Assembly (NCBI GenBank): GCA_964423265.1
Contig: CAYREF010000006.1
Location: 1 to 55,442, forward strand
Reading direction: 5' to 3'
Source: an uncultured Actinomycetota bacterium
Lineage (GTDB): Bacteria > Actinomycetota > Humimicrobiia > Humimicrobiales > Humimicrobiaceae
Length of the DNA stretch: 55,442 bases
A program made the translations under genes and the position numbers. The notes beneath the pieces are model-generated. The model saw nothing but the letters and a program-made list of their open reading frames with translations, was not told the origin of the DNA and did no database searches. The first letter of the stretch is position 1, and each line of letters starts with the position of its first letter. This document shows positions 45,548 through 53,569 of the stretch, piece after piece.

Positions 45548-45964
45548 ATGCAAATATTAAAAAGGTTTGGCGTCTCAATGGAAGAAAGCTTGCTTGAAAA
45601 ATTTGATAGATTTATAAAGGAAAATAATTACAAAAACAGGTCTGAAGCAATCAGGGATTTAATAAGAAAAGAGTTTGTAAAACAGGAATGGCTGGGGGAA
45701 AGCCAGGCTGTTGCCGGGGCCATTATTATGGTTTACGATCACCATAAAAGGGACCTTATGGATATTTTGGTTGGCATACAGCATCACCACCAGAAATTGA
45801 TAATCTCAAGCCAGCATATACATCTTGACCATAAGATGTGCCTTGAGGTAATAATTGTTAAAGGCCAGATAGATGAAGTTCATAAGCTTGAATCTGAACT
45901 TAGGTCAGTAAAAGGAGTAAAACATGCTTCTTTAGCTAAATCAACTTTAGGAAAAGGAATATGA
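45548..45964 (+). CDS. nikR: Nickel-responsive regulator NikR
   Basis: Ribbon-helix-helix 'RFGVSMEESLLEKFD.FI...NY.NRSEAIRDLIR' and a C-terminal metal-binding region rich in His/Cys ('HHHQ...HIHLDHKMC'). Confidence 0.8.
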   Translation: MQILKRFGVSMEESLLEKFDRFIKENNYKNRSEAIRDLIRKEFVKQEWLGESQAVAGAIIMVYDHHKRDLMDILVGIQHHHQKLIISSQHIHLDHKMCLEVIIVKGQIDEVHKLESELRSVKGVKHASLAKSTLGKGI

Positions 45965-46053
45965 AAAAGACGATTATCATTTTAGGTTTGAGTTTTTTAT
46001 TATTAATTATAGCTGGCATATCATTAATTGATGAAAAAGTCAGAAAATTTTAA
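45961..46053 (+). CDS. Possible 30-aa single-TM peptide coupled to nikR
   Basis: ATGA start/stop overlap with nikR. Translation is MKKTIIILGLSFLLLIIAGISLIDEKVRKF. Not in the ORF track because of its size. The Shine-Dalgarno is weak and closely spaced. Confidence 0.25.
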   Translation: MKKTIIILGLSFLLLIIAGISLIDEKVRKF

Positions 46054-46703
46054 GCATTTTCCTGGCCAAACCTGCAGTATTTTAATAAATTACAGACATT
46101 GCATTTTGGGTTCCTTCCTAGGCAAATAGTTCTTCCAAAAGAGACAATTTTATGGGAAAAATCAGTCCATTTATCTTTGGGAATTAAATTCATGAGGTCA
46201 AATTCAATTTTTGTAGGGTCTGAATTTGTGGTAAGTCCTAATCTCCGGGAAATCCTTTTCATGTGGGTGTCAACTATAATTGCTTGTTTTTTAAAAGCAT
46301 TACCCAAGACCACATTAGCAGTTTTTCTTCCTACACCGGGAAGGGAAGTTAAATCGTCCAAGTTTTGGGGGACATTGTCCTGAAATTTTTCCGCTATATC
46401 CCTAGAGCAATTTTTTATACTTTTAGCTTTGTTTCTGAAAAAACCAGTAGATTTAATATCTTTCTGAAGCTCTTCTAGTTCTGCGTTGGCAAAATCTTCG
46501 GGCTTTCTGTACTTCTTGAAAAGTTTTGGGGTTACCTTGTTTACTAGCTTATCAGTGCTTTGAGCTGCAAGTATGGTAGCTATAAGTAGCTGGAAAGGGT
46601 TATTGTAATCTAAGGTTGTATCCGTGGAATCAGGATATTCTTCTTCTAATGTTTTGATTATTTTATCAATATTATCTATTGCAGGTGGGTACTTATTTTC
46701 CAT
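46050..46703 (-). CDS. nth: Endonuclease III
   Basis: HhH 'LPGVGRKTANVVL', catalytic 'VDTH' and the [4Fe-4S] motif C-x6-C-x2-C-x5-C ('CLGRNPKCNVCNLLKYC'). Confidence 0.9.
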   Translation of the reverse strand: MENKYPPAIDNIDKIIKTLEEEYPDSTDTTLDYNNPFQLLIATILAAQSTDKLVNKVTPKLFKKYRKPEDFANAELEELQKDIKSTGFFRNKAKSIKNCSRDIAEKFQDNVPQNLDDLTSLPGVGRKTANVVLGNAFKKQAIIVDTHMKRISRRLGLTTNSDPTKIEFDLMNLIPKDKWTDFSHKIVSFGRTICLGRNPKCNVCNLLKYCRFGQENA

Positions 46704-48426
46704 TTGTCTGTCCTTTTTTCTTTTTTAAATAATTACCTATTTGTTTAGAATCCATTGTATTAATTACATCTTTTTTTTCAAGCCAGCCTTTTCTTGCTAT
46801 ATGCACTCCGTAGCGGTAGTCACTTAAATTATCCAGGTGGTGGGCATCTGGGTTTATAAAGATTTTTACATTTTTTTCTTTAGCATATTTTAGCATTCTC
46901 CAATCAAGGTCCAGGCGGTGGGGATTGGCATTTAATTCTAAGTCTACGCTGTTTTTTGCAGCCGCATTTATAATTCTTGTAATATTTACCTTATAGGGGT
47001 CCCTGGCAAGGAGTATCCTGCCGGATGGATGTGCCAGAATAGTGGTATGCTTGTTTTCAATTGCTTTTATTATCCTTTCTGTCATTTCCTGTTCCGGCAT
47101 ATTAAAACTGGAGTGTATGGCAGCTATTACAAAGTCAAACCTTTCTAGCACCCTGCCGCTATAATCCAGGCTCCCATCTGCCAATATGTCTGCTTCTATG
47201 CCTTTAAAAATCCTAAAACCTTTAAAATCCTGTTCAGCAGATTCCATTTCCCTTAGGTAGTCATCTATTTCGGGGTCTTTTACGCCATTTGCATATGCTG
47301 CCGTTTTACTGTGATCACTTATGCCTGCATATTGCATTCCCATATCCTGTAGCTTTTTGCATACTTGCTTAATGTTCATGCTGCCATCACTAAATTTTGT
47401 GTGGATATGGAAGATGCCTTTAATGTCTTCTGCCTCAATTAGCTTGGGTAAGCTGCCTTTCTTTGCAGCTTTAATCTCTCCAAAATTTTCCCTCAGTTCA
47501 GGTGGAATGTAGTCCATTGAAAACAAATTAAACAGCTCTTTTTCATTTTTGCATTTTATGAGACTGCTGCCTTTAAATATCCCATACTCATTTATTTTCA
47601 TGCCCATTTTTTTAGCCATAGATCTCAGTGCAGTATTATGTTCCTTGCTGCCTGTAAAATGGTGTAGAGCATAAGGGTACTGGTTATCTTCTACTGCTCT
47701 TATATCCACCTGTATTCCTGACTCAAGCATTATGCTTGACTTGGTGTCTCCCCTGGCAACTATTTTTTCGGCCTGGTTTAGGCTTGTGAAGAATCCCATT
47801 AATTTTGTGGGATTGTTGGTGCTTGCTACTATATCAATATCCTTTACTATTTCTTTTTTGCGTCGCATACTTCCAGCTATGCTTGCCCTAATAACATATT
47901 TGTTTTTCTTAATTTGGCTAAATGTTTCTTCAGCCTGGTCTAAAAAGTCTGAATAAAGATATTTCCCCCGGTATTGCTTTATAATGCTTATACCCTTTAA
48001 TATGTTTTGTTGTGTTTTTTGGCTGAAATTTGGCAAGTCAATTAATTTATTTTCATTGCATGCTAGCTCCAGTTCAGAAATGCTTTCTATACCCAGGTTT
48101 TCATACAAATATTTTATTTTTTTTGGCCCCAGGCCGGGTATTTTTAGCATGTCAACCAAGCCTTCGGGGATGATTTCTTTAAGGTCCTGGTAGAGCTTAA
48201 GGTTGCCGGTATCTATTAATTCTTTTATTTTAGCTGCTATTTTTTTGCCAATACCTTTTATACTTTCTAGGTTTTTTACCTCTACATCCCGGGTTAAGCT
48301 TATGTTTGAGGCTTCAAGCGCCCTGGCTGCGTTTTCGTAAGCCCTGATTTTAAAGGGGTTTTCATCTTTTAATTCTAAAAATGTTGATATCTCTTTTAGA
48401 ATTTTACTTATTTCTTTTTTATCCAT
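46693..48426 (-). CDS. polX: Family X DNA polymerase with a C-terminal PHP domain (PolX), copy 1
   Basis: HhH motifs ('IKGIGKKIA', 'IPGLGPKK'), 'GSMRRKKEIVKDIDIV' catalytic Asp pair and PHP 'FHIHTKFSDGS'. Confidence 0.85.
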   Translation of the reverse strand: MDKKEISKILKEISTFLELKDENPFKIRAYENAARALEASNISLTRDVEVKNLESIKGIGKKIAAKIKELIDTGNLKLYQDLKEIIPEGLVDMLKIPGLGPKKIKYLYENLGIESISELELACNENKLIDLPNFSQKTQQNILKGISIIKQYRGKYLYSDFLDQAEETFSQIKKNKYVIRASIAGSMRRKKEIVKDIDIVASTNNPTKLMGFFTSLNQAEKIVARGDTKSSIMLESGIQVDIRAVEDNQYPYALHHFTGSKEHNTALRSMAKKMGMKINEYGIFKGSSLIKCKNEKELFNLFSMDYIPPELRENFGEIKAAKKGSLPKLIEAEDIKGIFHIHTKFSDGSMNIKQVCKKLQDMGMQYAGISDHSKTAAYANGVKDPEIDDYLREMESAEQDFKGFRIFKGIEADILADGSLDYSGRVLERFDFVIAAIHSSFNMPEQEMTERIIKAIENKHTTILAHPSGRILLARDPYKVNITRIINAAAKNSVDLELNANPHRLDLDWRMLKYAKEKNVKIFINPDAHHLDNLSDYRYGVHIARKGWLEKKDVINTMDSKQIGNYLKKKKGQTNGK

Positions 48427-49507
48427 AGAAGTCTGCCAGCCTCTTTATTGCTTTGGCTTTATCAGTTCTACCGATCTTGCTTTCTTTTACTGCCTTATGC
48501 AATATGTCTATTGATCTGTCATATTCCTCCCTGTCTACAGGGTAGGGGATTCCGTCCTTGCCTCCATGGGCAAAGCTAAACCTGGCAGGGTCTTTTATGC
48601 TGTATTTTGTGCCATAAATTAATTCTGACACCAGGGCTAAAGCTCGAACGGTTTTGGGGCCTACTCCTTTTATAGCTATAAGCTTTTCAAAGTTTTCGGG
48701 CTTTCTGTTATAAGTGTTGGAAAATACTCTATCCAGCCTTTTGAATTCCATGTCGCTTAACTTGATATAATGCCTTTTGGGAAGGTAATAGTTTTTTTCC
48801 TGGGATTTTTTAAGGGACTTTAAGTCTTTTAATATTAACTTGGGTTTTTCAGTGGCAATTTGGGTTATAGCTTCTTTTGCCGCTTTGCTTTCTTTGTCAA
48901 TTAGGTTAAGGGTTACATTTTTTTGGTTACAGCATATGGCATTATGAGGTTCGGTAGTAAAATCCTTGACTTTATTGCTAAGCCAATGGTATCTTCTTGC
49001 ACTCTTATTGCTATCATTCATTCCTTGCTGGACCACGGACCAGTTCTTGCCGTCACCGGTAAAAAAGAAGCAGTGGTGGTATAATTGGTAACCGTCCTGT
49101 AAGGCTGAGCTATCTACTTTTGCCACTATTTTGCTATTATAGACAAGATGTTTAAAATCGATTCCCATCAGCTCGGAGGCAGCTGTTATCTCTGAGGGAG
49201 TTTTTCTTGAAGTGCCTCCCTTGCCTCCTGCAATAAAAAGCCCCAGGTCTTTCTCAAGTCCTTTTGTTGCTTCTTTCAGGGCGCCACAGACAGTGGTTGT
49301 AACTCCGCTTGAATGCCAGTCAAAACCCAATACACAACCTAAAGCCTGGAACCATAAAGGGTCCGATATTTTTTGCAAGACTTCCACAGCTCCATACTCT
49401 GAAATCATTAGTAACAGTATTTCCCTTGCCATTTTTTTCATCCTGCTAAATAGCCAGTAGGGAGCTTTTCCTCCATGCAGGGGGAGTTTCATTGATCCAG
49501 TTCTCAT
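48419..49507 (-). CDS. DUF763 domain protein
   Basis: 'LPLHGGKAPYWLF.RM' and 'DPLWFQALGCVLGFDWHSSGVTT' blocks are typical of DUF763. Contains the HhH-like 'IKGVGPKTVRALALV'. 8-nt overlap with polX. Confidence 0.7.
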   Translation of the reverse strand: MRTGSMKLPLHGGKAPYWLFSRMKKMAREILLLMISEYGAVEVLQKISDPLWFQALGCVLGFDWHSSGVTTTVCGALKEATKGLEKDLGLFIAGGKGGTSRKTPSEITAASELMGIDFKHLVYNSKIVAKVDSSALQDGYQLYHHCFFFTGDGKNWSVVQQGMNDSNKSARRYHWLSNKVKDFTTEPHNAICCNQKNVTLNLIDKESKAAKEAITQIATEKPKLILKDLKSLKKSQEKNYYLPKRHYIKLSDMEFKRLDRVFSNTYNRKPENFEKLIAIKGVGPKTVRALALVSELIYGTKYSIKDPARFSFAHGGKDGIPYPVDREEYDRSIDILHKAVKESKIGRTDKAKAIKRLADFYG

Positions 49508-49523
49508 AACTCCTTCTTCCCAA

Positions 49524-50174
49524 TTAAAACTTTTTCTTTAAAGGGACAAATGCTACTCCACAAATTGGTTTCTTTGCTATTTTATTATTTTTCTTGGTAA
49601 CTTTGTAGAGAGTTTGGTTAAAGCCTGTGGACCCTACCGGGATTACCATTATACCCCCATTGGAAAGCTGCTCTATAAGGGGCTTGGGAATTTTTTTGGG
49701 GGCTGCAGTGGCTATTATCCTTCCATAAGGGGCATGCTCTTCCCATCCATAATAACCATTCTTGTTTGCCAAATTGATATTAGGATAATCTTTAAGCATT
49801 TTTTGGGCTTTACTATAAAACTCTTCAATTATTTCAACTGAATAGACTTCTTTTGCAATTTCGGCCAGTATGGCTGTTTGGTAACAGGAACCTGTACCTA
49901 TTTCCAGCACTTTTTCCCTGCCGCTTAGTTCTAAAAGTTCTGTCATGTAGGCAACTATGTAGGGCTGAGATATTGTCTGGCCGCTGCCTATAGGCATAGG
50001 CCCGTCACAGTAAGCCTGGCTTTTTTTATTTTCAGGGACAAATTTTTCCCTCGGTACCTTAGCCATAGCTTCTAAAACCTTTGGGTTACTTATCCCCCTG
50101 GAAACTAGCTGCGCTTCTACCATTTGCTTTCTTAAATTTTTAAAGTTCATAGTATTGTCCATTTTGTTGTCCAT
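49524..50174 (-). CDS. pcm: Protein-L-isoaspartate O-methyltransferase
   Basis: 'VPRE.FVP', 'GQTISQPY' and 'VLEIGTGSCYQTA' motifs. Three candidate ATGs (50174, 50162, 50150) arise from a 12-nt tandem duplication. Confidence 0.85.
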   Translation of the reverse strand: MDNKMDNTMNFKNLRKQMVEAQLVSRGISNPKVLEAMAKVPREKFVPENKKSQAYCDGPMPIGSGQTISQPYIVAYMTELLELSGREKVLEIGTGSCYQTAILAEIAKEVYSVEIIEEFYSKAQKMLKDYPNINLANKNGYYGWEEHAPYGRIIATAAPKKIPKPLIEQLSNGGIMVIPVGSTGFNQTLYKVTKKNNKIAKKPICGVAFVPLKKKF

Positions 50175-50200
50175 TTTGTTGGTGAAAGTTTTTAATTTTT

Positions 50201-50210
50201 TGTGTATAAT
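50201..50210 (+). promoter_or_regulatory. Putative extended -10 element (TGTGTATAAT) upstream of the second polX
   Basis: Sequence match only, 71 nt upstream of the ATG at 50281. Confidence 0.3.
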
Positions 50211-50280
50211 GTCTTTTTTTATAAACCTTTTTTATTATATTAACATAGTTAATTTAGCTTTAATAGAAAGCAAGGTTTAG

Positions 50281-52011
50281 ATGGAAAACTTAAGATTAGG
50301 AAATATCCTTACTAATATTGCAGAATTAAACAAGGCAAACCCAGACCAGAAAAAAGCACTTTTACTCATGAGTGCTGCCAGAACTATAAGGGATTATCCT
50401 GGTGATATTAAGGAAGTATATCATGAAGGCAGGTTGCGGGATCTTCCCGGCATGAATAGCTTGGCTTATAAATATACTGACCAGTATTTTAGCGAGGGAT
50501 ATATAGAAGAGTATCAGGAGATAACCAGTGAATATTCAGAAGGCTTACTTAAGCTTATAAGGATGAGCGGGCTTGGCAGAAAGAAGATGGAAAAAATATA
50601 TAAAAACCTGAGTGCAAAAGATATAAAGGATTTAAAGGATAAGATTAATTCTAAAGATATTTCTAAATACCTGGATGGTTTTACGGTTGATAGGCTGAAG
50701 GCAACCATAGGCTATTATGAGAATGTAAGGGACTATATGCCAAGAGGATATATGGAAAATCTGATAAAGCCATTCATGTTAAAGGTAAGGCGTATAAAAG
50801 AGGTAAAAAAGCTTGAACTGGTGGGCTCTTTTAGGAGAAGAAAAGCAGCTGTTAGGGATATAGACCTGCTAGTTTTAACTGATTTTAATAATAAGGAGCT
50901 TAACCGGCAGTTAAGCATAAGATTTTTAGATAATCTATTGAAATTTGAAGGCATAAGTTCGAAGAAGAGCCAGAAAATAATTGGGGAAAGTATAAGCTAT
51001 AGGTATAGGACTAAATTTGGTTTGGATCTGGAGGTAATCCTGGCTACAGAAAATAATTGGGCTTTACAGTTATTTTACTGTACAGGTAGTAAAAAACATA
51101 TATCCCTTGTAGAAAATAAAGCAAGGGATTGGGGATTCTGTAAGCAGGGAAAGATGCACTTCCCAAAACCGGCATTAAGTGAAGAGGAAATATACAATAA
51201 TTTGGGGCTCTGCTTTATCCCCCCGGAACTCAGGGAAGGAAAAGATGAGATAAACTTGGCCCGGACAGGTAATATGCCTAATCTTTTAAGCATAAAAGAT
51301 ATAAGAGGCGACCTGCATACCCATTCCAAATGGAGCGACGGCCTGATTGAAGATAAGGAATTTTCAAAGATTATTGACAAATACGGCTACCAATATCTGG
51401 CTTTGACTGACCACTCAAAAAGCAATATTCATGGCAATGGCCTGGGTGAAGAAAGGCTTCTTGATAAATTAAACCATAGGGGCAGTTTTAATAAAATTTC
51501 CAGGAAGGCTAGAATATTAATGGGATCTGAGGTAGATATCAAAGCGGGGGGCAGGCTGGACTACGAAGAAGAAATATTAAGCAAACTTGATATTGTCATA
51601 GGATCCATGCATTCAAGTTATAAATACAGTAGCAGGGAGAATAACTTAAGGGTATCTAATGCCTTGAGAAATAAATATGTTGATTTTATAGGTCACCCTA
51701 CTGCAGTAGTTTTTGATAACCGGGCTCCACATTTTATAGATATGGATAAGGTAATAGAGGAGGCAAGAAGATATAATAAGGGTCTTGAAATTAATTCATA
51801 TTTCCTGCGGTTAGACTTGAATGAGGAAAATGCCAGGAAAGCAAAGAAAGCTGGGATAAAAATTGTCATAAATACTGACTCACATAGGCCTGCTAATTTG
51901 GATAATATAAGGTTGGGAGTAGATATCGCAAGACGGGCCGGTCTGGGCAGTAAAGACGTATTAAATACTTACAGCTGGAGTGAAATATTAGGGTGGAAAG
52001 CCAATAGGTAG
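50281..52011 (+). CDS. Family X DNA polymerase with a PHP domain (PolX), copy 2 (divergent paralog)
   Basis: 'GSFRRRKAAVRDIDLLV' Asp pair, 'LDLEV' third Asp, 'YCTGSKKH' and PHP 'LHTHSKWSDG'. Same length and architecture as copy 1. Confidence 0.8.
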   Translation: MENLRLGNILTNIAELNKANPDQKKALLLMSAARTIRDYPGDIKEVYHEGRLRDLPGMNSLAYKYTDQYFSEGYIEEYQEITSEYSEGLLKLIRMSGLGRKKMEKIYKNLSAKDIKDLKDKINSKDISKYLDGFTVDRLKATIGYYENVRDYMPRGYMENLIKPFMLKVRRIKEVKKLELVGSFRRRKAAVRDIDLLVLTDFNNKELNRQLSIRFLDNLLKFEGISSKKSQKIIGESISYRYRTKFGLDLEVILATENNWALQLFYCTGSKKHISLVENKARDWGFCKQGKMHFPKPALSEEEIYNNLGLCFIPPELREGKDEINLARTGNMPNLLSIKDIRGDLHTHSKWSDGLIEDKEFSKIIDKYGYQYLALTDHSKSNIHGNGLGEERLLDKLNHRGSFNKISRKARILMGSEVDIKAGGRLDYEEEILSKLDIVIGSMHSSYKYSSRENNLRVSNALRNKYVDFIGHPTAVVFDNRAPHFIDMDKVIEEARRYNKGLEINSYFLRLDLNEENARKAKKAGIKIVINTDSHRPANLDNIRLGVDIARRAGLGSKDVLNTYSWSEILGWKANR

Positions 52012-52012
52012 G

Positions 52013-52960
52013 CTAACCTTCGTCCCGGTAGAATTTGAAAACTTCCCTATCCTTAAAATCAGGCATAAAGGGATCATTTTTTACATAGTCCTGGATATAT
52101 CCTGAAGTAAAGCCCTTCTTTTCTGCATATTTTACTACCTGGTAGTATTCTTTTGAAGTAATGCTTCTGTTTATTTCCGGATAATGGCTGGCCTTAAAGG
52201 TTGGATGATACTGAGCCATTATGCTCAGGTAAACATCTGTCGACAGGCTGTTTTTTATAAAATCTATAGTTTTTTTAATTCCCCCAACATTATTAGGTAG
52301 GACAAGCAACCTGATGAGCATCCCTTTTTTTGCAATATCATTGTTGCCAAGCTTTAATCCTCCTACCTGGCTGTACATCTCAATAAGGGCTTTATGATTA
52401 TAATCTACATAATTGTTAACGCCTGAACATTTTTTGGCCATTTCATTATCGCTATACCTTATATCGGGCATGTAGATGTCTATAATTCCTCTCAGCATTT
52501 TTATAATTCTTGGGTTATCGTAACCGCCTGTATTAAATACAAGCGGAATATTTAACCCTGATTTTTTGGCAATGGCGATTGCAGATACTATTTGAGGGAT
52601 CCAGATAGAAGGGGAAACAAAATTAATGTTATGGCAACCTCTATTTTGTAATTCCAGCATTAATTCTGCCAGGTTCCCTACTTTTATTTTTCTGCCTTCA
52701 TGCTGCTGGCTTATCTGATAGTTCTGGCAATAAACACATCTCATATTACAGTATGTAAAAAATATGGTTCCAGATCCGCCGGTTCCCGAAATGGGTGGCT
52801 CCTCCCCATGGTGGGGCATAGATGAAGAAATGACTGGTCTAGCAGGAGCTTTGCAGAATCCTTTTACCCCTTCTGCCCTGCTAATCAAGCACTTATGGGG
52901 GCAAATGATGCAATTGCTTAACAGTTTGTTTAAAATTCTGGATGCATAATTTGGATCCAT
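52013..52960 (-). CDS. Radical SAM protein, PflX-like (pyruvate formate-lyase activase homolog)
   Basis: 'FFTYCNMRCVYCQNYQIS' CxxxCxxC motif, N-terminal Cys cluster 'CIICPHKCLI', and overall COG1313-like length. Confidence 0.75.
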   Translation of the reverse strand: MDPNYASRILNKLLSNCIICPHKCLISRAEGVKGFCKAPARPVISSSMPHHGEEPPISGTGGSGTIFFTYCNMRCVYCQNYQISQQHEGRKIKVGNLAELMLELQNRGCHNINFVSPSIWIPQIVSAIAIAKKSGLNIPLVFNTGGYDNPRIIKMLRGIIDIYMPDIRYSDNEMAKKCSGVNNYVDYNHKALIEMYSQVGGLKLGNNDIAKKGMLIRLLVLPNNVGGIKKTIDFIKNSLSTDVYLSIMAQYHPTFKASHYPEINRSITSKEYYQVVKYAEKKGFTSGYIQDYVKNDPFMPDFKDREVFKFYRDEG

Positions 52961-52974
52961 AAGATAAAAATACC

Positions 52975-53322
52975 CTATTTTTTGTTATTTGTGAAAGGGT
53001 TTTTATCTTCAGCAACTTTTGGTTGCCTTTTGTTCGCTAAATTTTGCGCATAAGAGAGAACCTTATCTATAAGGTGAGGATTGTATTTGAGCAGCAACTT
53101 TAATTTTTCAAGCCTGTATTCAAAAAAATATTCAGGATTGATATCCAGGCCTTTAGAAATAAGTTCAATGGTTTCTTGTGGAGGCGGGTTATGCCTTTTT
53201 TTAAGTTTGCTAAAATAACTGTAATCAAGGTTGGTTTTATGGGCAAGGCTCCTCAATTTTATATTCTTCTTATTAATTATTTCTTCTAGGGCTTTACCGA
53301 AGCATTTATTTGAATAATCCAT
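52975..53322 (-). CDS. XRE family helix-turn-helix protein
   Basis: 'LRSLAHKTNLDYSYFSKL' HTH pattern. 115 aa. Confidence 0.65.
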   Translation of the reverse strand: MDYSNKCFGKALEEIINKKNIKLRSLAHKTNLDYSYFSKLKKRHNPPPQETIELISKGLDINPEYFFEYRLEKLKLLLKYNPHLIDKVLSYAQNLANKRQPKVAEDKNPFTNNKK

Positions 53323-53569
53323 AGAGCAAATTAATTTTTAAATAAATACTACCTCAATAGAAAATACAAAATAAGAAATCCTGGCCAATTTTCGTTGACA
53401 ATTAAATCAACAAGTTAATTAGAGGTGCGTAGGTCCCACTATTTAAGGCAAAAAAGCAATTTAAAACAGGAGGGGTAGTATTTTACATTATTTTTTAATA
53501 ATATATAATAAGTAAATACTTTATATATAATATATAAAAATACTTTTACATGTAAATATAAGGTTATTA

